From IMG/VR virus record IMGVR_UViG_3300046716_000020: a stretch of 41,643 bases of DNA; one strand, written 5' to 3'. The notes beneath the pieces were generated by a model. It was not told the origin of the DNA and searched no databases. It worked only from the letters and a program-made list of their open reading frames with translations. The position numbers were made by a program, and so were the translations under genes. Shown here piece by piece: positions 30,234-40,234 of this stretch. Within the stretch, counting starts at the first letter, position 1, and every line of letters begins with the position of its first letter. Origin of the DNA: a virus.

Positions 30234-30688
30234 CTGTCGACTACCGGGCGATACGTGACGCGCTTGAGACGCACGCGCTCTCGCTCGGTGTGTTCGGTGC
30301 AGTCAACGGTCACGAACCGCGTAGCGCACCCGCGTACGGTGATTCCCTCGTGCTCGCTTTCGTTGTCGGGCCGATGCAGCCCGTTCGTTCGTCCGGGCTG
30401 AACGTGCTCAGCTATCGCCTCGAAGTGCTCGGCCGGATCTACCGGACGGATAAGGTCGGTAGCGATGACGTCGATCCCGAATGCGTGACGGCAGCCTTCT
30501 CCCTGTTCTCCTCCCTGGCCGCGGGCTTCACGCTCGGTGGGCTGATCCGGTGTGTGGACTTCCTCGGATCGGATGGCGAGGGTTTGAGTGCGGAACCGGG
30601 ATACGCTGATCAGGGTGAGGATCAGTATCGCATCATCGACATCATGATTCCCCTGATCATCAATGACGTTTCGGATTTGGCGAGGTAG
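30230..30688 (+). CDS. Putative tail terminator / neck protein (152 aa)
   Basis: Synteny, lying between the gp10-like and tail-tube-like genes. Confidence 0.55.
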   Translation: MTVDYRAIRDALETHALSLGVFGAVNGHEPRSAPAYGDSLVLAFVVGPMQPVRSSGLNVLSYRLEVLGRIYRTDKVGSDDVDPECVTAAFSLFSSLAAGFTLGGLIRCVDFLGSDGEGLSAEPGYADQGEDQYRIIDIMIPLIINDVSDLAR

Positions 30689-30690
30689 AG

Positions 30691-31449
30691 ATGGCGAAGC
30701 AAGGTGGCATGGGCGACGCGCTCTACATCGATGAATTCGACGTGTCCGGAGACATCGCATCGTTGGGACGCATCTCCGGCTCGATGACTGTACAAGACAT
30801 CACCGACATCACAAAAAGTGCTGTGGCGCGGCTCGGACTGATTCACGATGGCGGAATCGACCTGACCGCACTGTGGAATCCCACTGAGGCGGGGACGCTG
30901 AACAGCGAGCACGATGTGCTGAAGGGCCGTCCAGTCACTGACCGGTACATCTCCTATTTTCGGAGTACGGTTCTCGGTGCCCCGGCGGCATCCCTGATCA
31001 GTAAGCAAGTCAACTATGACGCCAACCGTAACAACGACGGTTCATTGCTTTTCAACACAAGCGCTGAATCGAACGGCTACGGACTCGCGTGGGGTAACAA
31101 CCTGACGGCCGGGAAGCAAACTGACACGGTTGCGGCTAACGGCGGTACGGTTGACCTCGGATCATCTCCGACTAGCTTCAGCTTCGGATGGGCCGCATAT
31201 CTGCACGTCTTCGCATTCACCGGTACGAGCGTGACCGTGACATTGCAGGACAGCGCGAATGGTTCCGCATGGACGAACCTGAGCGGCGGAGCGTTCACGG
31301 CCGCCACCGCCGCCGGGAAGCAACGCCTAGCGTCGTCCAGCTCGACCGCGACGGTTCGCCGCTTCATGCGGGTGGTCACGTCCGGGACGTTCAGCAGCGC
31401 GGTTTTCGCGGTCAACTTCATTCGATACGAGGCGACGGGGCACCCGTGA
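30691..31449 (+). CDS. Tail-tube-like protein A (candidate major tail protein, 252 aa)
   Basis: Synteny. The N-terminus is paralogous to 31902..32309 (VQDITDITKSAVARLGL..DG.IDLTA.WN versus VQDITGIDKSAMERQLLLADASITLTAPAFN). Confidence 0.6.
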   Translation: MAKQGGMGDALYIDEFDVSGDIASLGRISGSMTVQDITDITKSAVARLGLIHDGGIDLTALWNPTEAGTLNSEHDVLKGRPVTDRYISYFRSTVLGAPAASLISKQVNYDANRNNDGSLLFNTSAESNGYGLAWGNNLTAGKQTDTVAANGGTVDLGSSPTSFSFGWAAYLHVFAFTGTSVTVTLQDSANGSAWTNLSGGAFTAATAAGKQRLASSSSTATVRRFMRVVTSGTFSSAVFAVNFIRYEATGHP

Positions 31450-31898
31450 TGAATCAGCAACCTTTCCGGCTGCAACCGAAAGCCGGTCCAGAGCATTACA
31501 AGACGTTCGGCCTGTCGCAACCGGCACGAACGCACTTCCGCACCGCGACCTGTCAGGAAGTCGACTGCGCCAACTACGCGCGCGGCTGGCGGATCGTGCT
31601 CGACGTGAGCACTGATCTCGATCGGCGACGCGCCCGGTACATCCGGGATCATGCGGGCCGTGCCTATTCTGTCATCGGCCAGGAGGGGGACGTCATCACC
31701 CTCGAGTTTCCCGCCGGACAGAAGTGCTTCGAAGAGCACCGGATGCCGTTGCAACGCATGCCCAACTTCTACGTTGTCGATGGTGACTGGCGGGGAAATC
31801 CGCGGGGAACGCCCGTACAGAAACGCTCCATCGAAGCGTGGAGAGACGATCTCGGCGAGCATACGCTCATGCTGAAAGAACGGATTGAGAGAGGTTAA
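31449..31898 (+). CDS. Hypothetical Cys-containing protein (149 aa) inserted between the two tube-like genes
   Basis: TGATG overlap with the upstream stop. TATCQEVDCANY...QKCFEEH. Confidence 0.65.
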   Translation: MNQQPFRLQPKAGPEHYKTFGLSQPARTHFRTATCQEVDCANYARGWRIVLDVSTDLDRRRARYIRDHAGRAYSVIGQEGDVITLEFPAGQKCFEEHRMPLQRMPNFYVVDGDWRGNPRGTPVQKRSIEAWRDDLGEHTLMLKERIERG

Positions 31899-31901
31899 AC
31901 A

Positions 31902-32309
31902 ATGGCAAAAGAACCCGGCTTTCCGTTCTCGCTGAGCGTTGACGATGCCGCCGCCGCAGCGCAGGACATCGCAAACGATGTCGGTAACCTTCAGGTCGCC
32001 ACTCCGCGCGGCGTGCAGGACATCACCGGTATCGACAAGAGTGCCATGGAGCGTCAGCTCCTCCTAGCCGATGCCAGCATTACGCTGACAGCGCCAGCCT
32101 TCAACGACGCGGCGAACCGCTTCCACGCCGTGTTCAAGACCGTTCCGTCCAGTTCAGTCACCCGCACGACCGCGCTCGGTATCTCCGGACAGACCCTGTC
32201 CATGGAGATGCTGTTCACGGACTACGCGCTCAACCGAGGCCAGGATGGCTCGCTCGTCACAACCGTTCCGGGCGTGCTCGCCAACGGTGCGGTTCCGACC
32301 TGGAGCTAA
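31902..32309 (+). CDS. Tail-tube-like protein B (135 aa)
   Basis: Immediately upstream of the chaperone genes. SD GAGAGG. Paralogous to the N-terminus of 30691..31449. Confidence 0.65.
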   Translation: MAKEPGFPFSLSVDDAAAAAQDIANDVGNLQVATPRGVQDITGIDKSAMERQLLLADASITLTAPAFNDAANRFHAVFKTVPSSSVTRTTALGISGQTLSMEMLFTDYALNRGQDGSLVTTVPGVLANGAVPTWS

Positions 32310-32324
32310 CAGCAACACAAGGGG

Positions 32325-32690
32325 ATGGGGATAGCAATGGGTTTCGAAACGGCACGGACTTTCACGCTTCAGTTTGAGGGTACCGAATGGGATGGAGCGG
32401 AAGTGAAACTTCGCTCCATGTCAATTAAGAAGCTTCGTGAGTTTCTTGCCGCCGATCTTGACACCGAGATTCGCATGCTCTCGGAGCACTTGATCGAATG
32501 GAATTTGGAGATCAACGGTAAGCCGATTCCGTTGACCCCCGAAGGGGTTGGCATGCTTGAGGAGCCGGCCAAGAACCTGATCGTCGTTTCATGGCTCAGG
32601 GCAACGCGGGGCGTCTCTGCCCCTTTGGAGCGGCAATCCGGAGGTGGCGATACGTCGGAGGTGCCACAGATGACGATGGAAACGTTGTAG
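32325..32690 (+). CDS. Tail assembly chaperone (G-like)
   Basis: Position directly upstream of the tape measure gene. The -1 frame stays open downstream. Confidence 0.75.
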   Translation: MGIAMGFETARTFTLQFEGTEWDGAEVKLRSMSIKKLREFLAADLDTEIRMLSEHLIEWNLEINGKPIPLTPEGVGMLEEPAKNLIVVSWLRATRGVSAPLERQSGGGDTSEVPQMTMETL

Positions 32691-32833
32691 CACTTCCGCC
32701 GGAAGCGGTTGACGCACTGTTTACCCTCCAGCTGTGCGATCGTTTCCATTGCCTCCCGAGTCAACTTGACCAGGAGGATTCGTCATTGTTGCAGATGTTG
32801 GCGATTGAAAGGGAGGTGAGAAGCGATGGGTAA
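32325..32833 (+). CDS. Tail assembly chaperone frameshift product (G-T-like) via -1 slip near 32621-32627
   Basis: The -1 frame stays open from 32591 to 32833 and encodes a plausible tail (VVALPPEAVDALFTLQLCDRFHCLPSQLDQEDSSLLQMLAIE). It ends 8 nt inside the TMP gene. Confidence 0.55.
32621..32627 (+). other. Candidate -1 slippery heptamer C CCT TTG (X XXY YYZ in the G frame)
   Basis: Codon phase checked from ATG 32325: gcc|cct|ttg. Confidence 0.45.
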
Positions 32834-34811
32834 CGAAGTCAAAATCAAGATCAGTGTCGACAACGACACTAAGGCTGCGGTAGTAGACGTCAAGGCAGGA
32901 ATGCATGACGTCGAGACCGCTGCCGACAAGGCAGGAAACAAACTGTCCGACCTGGGTCGGCACATCAATGACGTCCGTGGGGATCTTGTCAAGCTCGATG
33001 CCGCCGCACTCGCCAGCAAGGGTGCCCTATCGCAACTCACATCCGCTCTCGCCAACACAGACGATGCCGCGCAACGCCTAGACATTCAGAAGGCGATCAG
33101 CAAAGTTCAGCGTGATCTGTCTTCGACCGCCAAGGCGCAGAAAATCAAGCTCGGCGAACTGATCAATCTCGATAAAGATGAAGCCAGCGTCAAAAAGATG
33201 TCGCAAGGCCTCATCTCTTCGATCGGGAAATCTCTCAGCTCGGGCGCGGAAGGCATCTCCAGTCTCGCGAGTAGCCACATAGGTATCACCGTGGGCGCGG
33301 CGGCAGGCGCCGCTGCCGCACCCGTCCTGATCTCCACCATAGGAAGCGTGCTCGCGTCCGGCACTGGTCTCGGTGTTATTGGCGTCGGCATCATGGCGGC
33401 CGTCCAAAAGGACCAGGACATTAAGTCCGCGGGCAAGGCTGCGGGCGGCCGTTTCATGGATGCGCTCAGCACCGAGGCGACCAAGGCATTCAAGGGTCCA
33501 CTACTCGACAGTATTCAAGTGCTCAGCGATCAGGGCGACAAGTCGGCGAAGAAGCTCGGTGAGGCATTCAACGCGCTGGCTCCGTCGATCAAGCCGTTCA
33601 CTCAAGACCTGGCAACGGCTGCCGACACCCTGACCAACTCGTTTACGAACTCCGCGAAGAACAGTGGCCCCGCGATCGAAGGTCTCGGCCACTCCATCGT
33701 GCTTCTGACCGATGGAGTCGGGACATTCATTGATCAGGTTTCGCAGGGCGGTCCGGAAGCCGCCCAGAATCTGACACTGATTGCCGGAGCGCTCGGCGAC
33801 GTGATCGGGCAGACGGGGACCTTCCTCGGTGCGCTGAGCAAACTCAGCTCCAATGAGTGGCTGACCGGCCCACTCCTGCCATTGCTGAAGAAGCATTATG
33901 CTGACACGGCTTCAGCAACTGAGGACATGACGGCCCAGACTGCCGACCTGAACGATGCGATGGCGGACGTTGTCGCCACATCGCAGATGGAAGGCAACGA
34001 ACTCACCAACCTTGCCAATGACATGCGCGCGCAGACTGATCCGGTGTTTGCACTGATCGACGCGCAGGACAAGCTGACGGATGCGCAGGATGCGGTCAAG
34101 AAGGCCACCAAGGATCACGGTAAGGAAAGTAAAGAAGCCCAAGCCGCTCTACGCGATCTCGCTAAGGCTGCGATCGAAGTGGAGGGTAAGTCGGGCGAGC
34201 TTGCCGACTCGTACGGCGGAGAGGTCACTCCGGCCCTGCACGCCACCCTCCTGGCCGCTGGTCTGACCGAGGATCAGATCAAGGACTTGGGCAAGCAGTT
34301 TGACACGGCCAAGGACAAGGGCGACGACTTCTCGAAGACATACAAAGCGAAGATCGAAGCCGATACCGCAACCGCCGCCAACCGAATCCAGCACGTTAAA
34401 GACCTTCTAGCCGATGTTCGGTCGAAGCGGATCAGCGTGTCCGTACTTGTCGCGGATAGTCAGTTGAATAAGGTCAACAATACGTTGGACCGGTTGGGAC
34501 AGAACTACGCTCACGGCGGTATCAAGGGTGCCGCGTCAGGGATGATCGGCGGAGACCTGACATGGGTCGGTGAGAATGGTCCCGAGCTTTTGAACCTTCC
34601 ACCGAGCACGAACGTGAAGAGCCACCCGGACAGCATGCGTGCACTATCCGGGGCTGAAAACGATGGGACCGTAAACGTGAATCTCGTTCCCGCGACCGGG
34701 ACCGGTTACGAGCTTGTCAACGCAATTCTGACCTTGCTGCGGGTAGAAGTTGACAGGGGCGGAAACGGAAGCGTTTCGAAGCTTCTCAACCGGCCAGGGG
34801 TGACGGTGTGA
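32826..34811 (+). CDS. Tape measure protein (661 aa)
   Basis: Longest Ala/Gly/Leu/Lys-rich coiled-coil ORF, with a central Gly/Ala hydrophobic segment. Follows the G/G-T chaperones. Confidence 0.9.
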   Translation: MGNEVKIKISVDNDTKAAVVDVKAGMHDVETAADKAGNKLSDLGRHINDVRGDLVKLDAAALASKGALSQLTSALANTDDAAQRLDIQKAISKVQRDLSSTAKAQKIKLGELINLDKDEASVKKMSQGLISSIGKSLSSGAEGISSLASSHIGITVGAAAGAAAAPVLISTIGSVLASGTGLGVIGVGIMAAVQKDQDIKSAGKAAGGRFMDALSTEATKAFKGPLLDSIQVLSDQGDKSAKKLGEAFNALAPSIKPFTQDLATAADTLTNSFTNSAKNSGPAIEGLGHSIVLLTDGVGTFIDQVSQGGPEAAQNLTLIAGALGDVIGQTGTFLGALSKLSSNEWLTGPLLPLLKKHYADTASATEDMTAQTADLNDAMADVVATSQMEGNELTNLANDMRAQTDPVFALIDAQDKLTDAQDAVKKATKDHGKESKEAQAALRDLAKAAIEVEGKSGELADSYGGEVTPALHATLLAAGLTEDQIKDLGKQFDTAKDKGDDFSKTYKAKIEADTATAANRIQHVKDLLADVRSKRISVSVLVADSQLNKVNNTLDRLGQNYAHGGIKGAASGMIGGDLTWVGENGPELLNLPPSTNVKSHPDSMRALSGAENDGTVNVNLVPATGTGYELVNAILTLLRVEVDRGGNGSVSKLLNRPGVTV

Positions 34812-37621
34812 CGCTTCTGACCTTTCCGCAGGATCCGCTTCCGATCCGCGCCGAAGCATTCATCGCTGGCGCATGGACGGATATCACCACGCGTATCCGG
34901 CTGGCCAACGAGATCGTCATCTCCAACCGAGGGCGAGCAAACGAGCAGGGAAGATCATCTCCGTGCACGTGCACGTTCACAGTGAACGATGCCGATAACT
35001 ACTTCAGCAACCGCGCCCCGATGGGGGCGAACTATGGATTGCTGCCGGAGTACACACCGTTTCGGGTGGGGGTAACTGAGACGCGTAGCTTTGCCATCCT
35101 GGATACCGCCGATCTGTCGCGCGTCAAGACGACAGACAAGGCCGTTCTGGACATCACGGCTGAGATCGACATCCGGATTGAATACGAACTTAACAACGCA
35201 CCCGACGGACTGACCGGGTATATTCTCGCGTCGAAGTACAATGATGGCGGTAACGCATCCTGGGTTTTCATCATCAATAAGCAGGGCTACCTTCAACTGA
35301 TCCGAAGCTCAGACGGAACGAACCTAGTCGTCAACTCCAGTACCGTTCCCGTGAGTCCGCAGTACGGCCCCCTGGCCGCTAGGGTCACCTACGACAGCGA
35401 CAACGGCGCTGGCAGTCGGGTGACGAAGTACTACACCTCGGACAGCATCTCGGGATCATGGACGCAGCTCGGTGCGACCGTGACAACGGCCGGCACCTCA
35501 GCTATCTTCTCCGGCAATGGGGAACTGGAGCTTGGACGGATTGACGGGGCTAATGGTGGAATCGCTGAGGTAACGGGACTCGTCGGCAAGATTTACGCCT
35601 TTGAGTTGTACACCGGTATCGCGTCTCCCACGTTGGTTGCGGAAGCTGATATCTACAATCAGCCCCGCGGCACGACATCGTTCTCTGACGGCTTGGGCAC
35701 GCCGAACACATGGACGGTTGAGGGGAACGCGGAGATCACGCCGGATAACCGGCGGTTCACGGGCGAGCTTGTGTCGATCGAAACGGCTCAGGATATCAGC
35801 GGCAACGATATCTATTCTGTCGTCCAGGTAGCGGACGTCACTCGGCGGCTGGGCAGGGATGATGTCGTCAACTCACCGCTCAGCAATTACTTCGGTGCAC
35901 TCACGAGCACCGGGTATTGGAAATGCGAGGATGGCACGCGCGCGACGTCGCTTGCGAACAGTACTCCGAGAGGGCGCCCTGGGTCGATCGTTGACGTAAC
36001 GTTCAGCGCTCCGTCGGATCTCCCTGCCACCCTCGGCTCGATGAGCATCAATAGTACGGCGACACGTATCGTGCTGACCGCGAAGTCAACCCCGAAAACC
36101 GACTTCGCGTGTTTCAACTTCGGCATGAAAATGTCATCGGTTCCTGCGTCGAGTGTCACATTGTTTGATCTGTACATGACGGGCGGATCAATCAGCCGCT
36201 TGAACTTCAGTGTGACCGCTACTCAGTACGTCATCGCCATCTACGATAACGATGGTGCGCTCCTGTCGAGTAATTCTGCTGTCTGGACTTCGACTACCCC
36301 GCCGAACGTATGGAACCTTTTCCGCATTCAATTCGAGCAGAGTGGCGCAAGTCTGGACATCGATCTGGGTTGGTATCACCCGGGAGACGATGTACTGACA
36401 GGCTTGACGACCCTCACTGTAAGCGAGTTTGCCGGTCGTATCTGGCAAGTGGTCAGCAAGGGGTCTGCCAACAATCTCAACACGCAGTTCACGCAGCTTT
36501 TTGTCGGGCAGTTCTTCCTGAATAACTCGGACTACGCCTACGTGCTGGCGGCTAAAGCGTTCGATGGTGAGACGACAGTTCAGCGCGTCAATCGCGTAGG
36601 TTCCGAAAATGGAATCAGCGTTCAGGTTGTGGGCAGCCAAAGCAGTGCCGAGCGAATGGGACCACAACCGCACGCGACTCCCCTGGACATCCTTTACGAG
36701 TGTGCGGACACGGAACGGACGCAGCTCTATCCCGACCGGAATTCCACTGACCTGATCTTCCGTACGCATCGATCGCTGCTGAATCAGTACGGCCCTTCGT
36801 TGGCGTACAGTCTAGAGTCCGGACATCCGGCCGCCCTGCCTCGAGGCAAGGATGATGACGGTACGCTGCGCAACAATGTCACCGCCCGGCGTGCTGACGG
36901 AAGCGTCGGCTTTCACGACAGAACGGAAGGGCCGAACGGAAGCGACGCGATAGGCAACGTCCCGGGCTCCATCGATCGGAACACTTACACATCCGAACGG
37001 TTGACCGATCTAGCGGCATGGGACACGTTCCTCGGCACATGGAACGAATACCGCTGGATACAGATACCGGTAGCTTTTGAGCGGCCCAACTTCAGCGGCA
37101 GTGTGGCTGACGTCCGTGCCGCACTGAAGCTTGCCGCACTAGATGTCGGTGATCTTCTGACGATGACCGGCCCGCCGAGCTGGACGAAACCCGACGATGC
37201 GTTACTCCTGATTCAAGGTATGCCGACCGAGATCCTCGGAAACCGTAAGTGGCAGATCAATTGGAATACCACCCCGTACGGTCCGTACGTTGTCAATAAC
37301 CTGACAAGCGACGCAGGCAGCCGGTATCGTGTTGCGGCAGGCGATGGCTACGTCCTGGCCGGAGCGTTGGACGACAATGATCTGTCATTCACTGTGACGA
37401 TTCCGACTGGCGGAAAACTGTGGGGGACCACCGCGACAAAGCCCGGAAACTTTCCACAGAATGTAGTCATCGGCGATGAGCTGATCACCATCAGCGGAAT
37501 CACGGGAACCGCTTCTCCACAGACGTTCACAGCCTCGGCGCGCTCCGTGAACGGTGTGGTGAAAACGCATGACGCGGGTGATGCCGTGGAAGTCCAATTC
37601 CCGTTCTACACGATACCGTAA
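34808..37621 (+). CDS. Large minor tail protein (937 aa; distal-tail/baseplate-type, multi-domain)
   Basis: GTGA overlap with the TMP stop. Size and synteny. Confidence 0.8.
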   Translation: MTLLTFPQDPLPIRAEAFIAGAWTDITTRIRLANEIVISNRGRANEQGRSSPCTCTFTVNDADNYFSNRAPMGANYGLLPEYTPFRVGVTETRSFAILDTADLSRVKTTDKAVLDITAEIDIRIEYELNNAPDGLTGYILASKYNDGGNASWVFIINKQGYLQLIRSSDGTNLVVNSSTVPVSPQYGPLAARVTYDSDNGAGSRVTKYYTSDSISGSWTQLGATVTTAGTSAIFSGNGELELGRIDGANGGIAEVTGLVGKIYAFELYTGIASPTLVAEADIYNQPRGTTSFSDGLGTPNTWTVEGNAEITPDNRRFTGELVSIETAQDISGNDIYSVVQVADVTRRLGRDDVVNSPLSNYFGALTSTGYWKCEDGTRATSLANSTPRGRPGSIVDVTFSAPSDLPATLGSMSINSTATRIVLTAKSTPKTDFACFNFGMKMSSVPASSVTLFDLYMTGGSISRLNFSVTATQYVIAIYDNDGALLSSNSAVWTSTTPPNVWNLFRIQFEQSGASLDIDLGWYHPGDDVLTGLTTLTVSEFAGRIWQVVSKGSANNLNTQFTQLFVGQFFLNNSDYAYVLAAKAFDGETTVQRVNRVGSENGISVQVVGSQSSAERMGPQPHATPLDILYECADTERTQLYPDRNSTDLIFRTHRSLLNQYGPSLAYSLESGHPAALPRGKDDDGTLRNNVTARRADGSVGFHDRTEGPNGSDAIGNVPGSIDRNTYTSERLTDLAAWDTFLGTWNEYRWIQIPVAFERPNFSGSVADVRAALKLAALDVGDLLTMTGPPSWTKPDDALLLIQGMPTEILGNRKWQINWNTTPYGPYVVNNLTSDAGSRYRVAAGDGYVLAGALDDNDLSFTVTIPTGGKLWGTTATKPGNFPQNVVIGDELITISGITGTASPQTFTASARSVNGVVKTHDAGDAVEVQFPFYTIP

Positions 37622-37636
37622 AGGGGTGACGATCTA

Positions 37637-38158
37637 ATGGCAAAATACCCTAACATCGAAGTAGGGGACCTGTGGACCGCCACCCTCGCGGACTCCATGC
37701 TTCCCGACTTCATCCTGAAAACCGCCGCCACCACTCGCCCTAGCACGACCACATTCGCCGACGATCCGGATCTAGTAGTCGCACTCGCCGCGAATGCCAC
37801 CTATTTTGTGGAGATGATCGTCCGGTACGCCACCACCTCGGCAGCCGGCTTCAAGACGGCTTGGACGGTACCAGCTGGCGTAACCTCCACCACCCGAACT
37901 GTGATGGGTGCGGGCTCCACCCAGGTAGACACGGCTGCCGACAACGATGCAGGTCGGTACGGGCTGCACAACTACGCGACGTCGATCAGCTACGGCGACC
38001 GGAACAACGTATCGAATCAGCTCATCCTGATAGAGACGAGCGTCGTCGTGACAACCACCGCGGGTAACGTCGCCTTGCAGTGGGCGCAGGACGCCAGCAC
38101 CGCCGTGAATACGGCAGTCGGTTCGAACAGCCTGATTCGAGCAACGAGGATCGCATGA
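37637..38158 (+). CDS. Minor tail protein (173 aa)
   Basis: Thr/Ala-rich beta-type composition. SD AAGGGGTGA. Confidence 0.7.
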   Translation: MAKYPNIEVGDLWTATLADSMLPDFILKTAATTRPSTTTFADDPDLVVALAANATYFVEMIVRYATTSAAGFKTAWTVPAGVTSTTRTVMGAGSTQVDTAADNDAGRYGLHNYATSISYGDRNNVSNQLILIETSVVVTTTAGNVALQWAQDASTAVNTAVGSNSLIRATRIA

Positions 38159-38724
38159 CAAACCCCATTCCTCTGCCTATTGGTGGCATGCCCAACTATG
38201 TCAATCTTGGATACGCGACGCGTCCGTACGATGATGGGCTCGCACTTCCAGTGTCGCACGGAACGAATGATTGGATCACGATTCCGTGGGACACGGAAAT
38301 CTATGATCCTCCCCTCCCTGGCCGACCGAACGGTCAGCACGACACGAACGGCTGGACGTGTCTGTTCGGTCCCGCCATGTTTTGGGGCACGGCATTTGCG
38401 ATGATTCAAGGCGCTGCCGAGGGTGACTCCATTCACATTATGGCCAGAGTCGCCAAACGGATCGGCGGAGTCAACGTCATTCAGCGAACCTTTCAGGCAT
38501 CGGAATGGTTCGTCGGCCCGCACGAGACGCACGAGAACGCGGACGGATCAACGTACTACACAAACACGCATGTCGACATCCCATTGTCCGGAGACATCGG
38601 CCAGGACGAACGTCTACAAATCGTTATGGATCATTGGAATGGGCCAGCCGGAACGGATGCCCGAATTGTCAGCGCTAGCGTCACGCTGCACTACACTCCC
38701 CGCCCGTGGGATATAGTCGAGTAG
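38155..38724 (+). CDS. Minor tail protein (189 aa)
   Basis: ATG 38155 forms an ATGA overlap with the upstream stop. Confidence 0.65.
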   Translation: MTNPIPLPIGGMPNYVNLGYATRPYDDGLALPVSHGTNDWITIPWDTEIYDPPLPGRPNGQHDTNGWTCLFGPAMFWGTAFAMIQGAAEGDSIHIMARVAKRIGGVNVIQRTFQASEWFVGPHETHENADGSTYYTNTHVDIPLSGDIGQDERLQIVMDHWNGPAGTDARIVSASVTLHYTPRPWDIVE

Positions 38725-38737
38725 GGAGGGGATCACC

Positions 38738-39574
38738 GTGGCATGGGTGTTGACGAAAGAGCTTCAAGCGTTCCGCGATCAAGTGAACACCGTTTTCCCG
38801 AACCGGGATAGGACGTCGGACGGGACGATCGGCGACGCCGCACATCAGGCGGAGAAGTCGGGCCATAACCCAGACAAGACGGCGAACGCCGAGTACCAGG
38901 ACGGCGACGCCAAGGACGAAGTGCGGGCGATCGACGTCGACTCGGACACCGGTAATCCGGACGTGTCGATGGAAGACATCGTGCAGCATCTGCTGCGACT
39001 TGCGCGCGCGGGTCAACTCTGGTTCATCCGATACATGATCTTCAACCGGAGGATCTGGGCGGCGTCAACCGGCTGGACGCAGCAGGCCTACACCGGGCCG
39101 AGCCCGCACACCGAGCATCTGCACCTGTCCGGCGCCTACAGTCAGGCTGCGGACGAACTGGCGTCCGCGAATTATCACCTGGAGGATCTAGTGGCACTGA
39201 CCGATACGGACATCGACAAGATCGTTGCTCGAATCTTCACCTACGATCCCGGCGTGAACGCGGACGGAAGCGTGAAGGGCGGCGGTATCTCAGCTGCCAC
39301 CTACGCCAACAAGGGCAACGGAACGGTCGGCCTCGGCACGGCGATCAGTTCGCTTCTGTCGCGCGGTACCGCCGATCACAACACTCTCGGGGCCATCCTG
39401 GCGGCAGCCACTGAGCCGGAGAACACGACCGCACTCGCGCAGGCCATCGCCGCGACCCTCGTGCCGGCCGTAGTGTCCTCCCTGGCCGGAGTGGTCCAGC
39501 TCACCGAGGCTCAGGTCCAGGAGGCTTCGGAGCGTGCCGTCCGGGCAGTGCTGGGTTCCGTCGACGAATCGTAG
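38738..39574 (+). CDS. Putative endolysin (Zn-peptidase-like His/Asp motifs) with an Ala-rich C-terminal region
   Basis: DGTIGDAAHQAEKSGHNPD...VRAIDVD...HTEHLHLS suggests a metal-binding His/Asp set. It lies immediately upstream of three membrane-protein genes. The assignment rests mostly on position. Confidence 0.5.
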   Translation: MAWVLTKELQAFRDQVNTVFPNRDRTSDGTIGDAAHQAEKSGHNPDKTANAEYQDGDAKDEVRAIDVDSDTGNPDVSMEDIVQHLLRLARAGQLWFIRYMIFNRRIWAASTGWTQQAYTGPSPHTEHLHLSGAYSQAADELASANYHLEDLVALTDTDIDKIVARIFTYDPGVNADGSVKGGGISAATYANKGNGTVGLGTAISSLLSRGTADHNTLGAILAAATEPENTTALAQAIAATLVPAVVSSLAGVVQLTEAQVQEASERAVRAVLGSVDES

Positions 39575-39660
39575 ACATGTCCGGCGTTCTATTCGGTTTA
39601 CAAATGAACCTAGCTTCCCTGAAGTCCCGGGAGCCTAGCGGCCAGGGAGGGGGGAAATGA

Positions 39661-39915
39661 GTGAAACGAAGTCGCTGGGTACGCGTGTTTACACGCGACG
39701 GGATTTCCTGGGTTTTGGGTTGGGCGATCATTCTCTATCAAATGCTGAGAGTCCCCCCGGGGGAGGTGAACGAATGGTTTCTCTTGCTGGGAGGATCCCT
39801 GATCGGAGTCCCGGGAATCGCGGAGATCATCGCTCTTCGTGGCGTAAAGCCTACGGAAGAATCGCCATCGCATCCTCCGGATGCGGCATCCTCGCAGCCG
39901 GAGCGCTCATCATGA
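39661..39915 (+). CDS. Holin-like two-TM protein (84 aa, GTG start)
   Basis: ISWVLGWAIILYQML and WFLLLGGSLIGVPGIAEIIAL. GGGAGGGGGGAA lies upstream. The competing frame 39657..39941 looks non-protein-like. Confidence 0.5.
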   Translation: MKRSRWVRVFTRDGISWVLGWAIILYQMLRVPPGEVNEWFLLLGGSLIGVPGIAEIIALRGVKPTEESPSHPPDAASSQPERSS

Positions 39916-39934
39916 TTCGCGTGAAAACGGGTGC

Positions 39935-40231
39935 ATGGTGATGCCGGTTCGATGGAGACACACGATCATGGTCGTGCTGATCATCGGCGTCGTCTCGCCG
40001 TTCATCTCGATCTGGGTCGGACAGCAGTCAGCCGAGCGCACCATCCGGCAGAGCGAAGCCGTACAGGCCGAAACCGCCAAACAGAGTCATGACCTGGTGT
40101 GCTATCTGTTCGGCGCGATACTCGACGCGTACAGCGAAACTCCTCCCACGGCCCCGGCCGGCAGGAACGTCCGCGACGCGTGGGCACATCTGTACACCCT
40201 CGCTCAATGTCAACCACCCCGAAAGGAATAA
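39935..40231 (+). CDS. N-terminally anchored membrane protein (98 aa), lysis-cassette member
   Basis: HTIMVVLIIGVVSPFISIWV TM segment followed by a soluble domain. Confidence 0.55.
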   Translation: MVMPVRWRHTIMVVLIIGVVSPFISIWVGQQSAERTIRQSEAVQAETAKQSHDLVCYLFGAILDAYSETPPTAPAGRNVRDAWAHLYTLAQCQPPRKE

Positions 40232-40234
40232 GAA

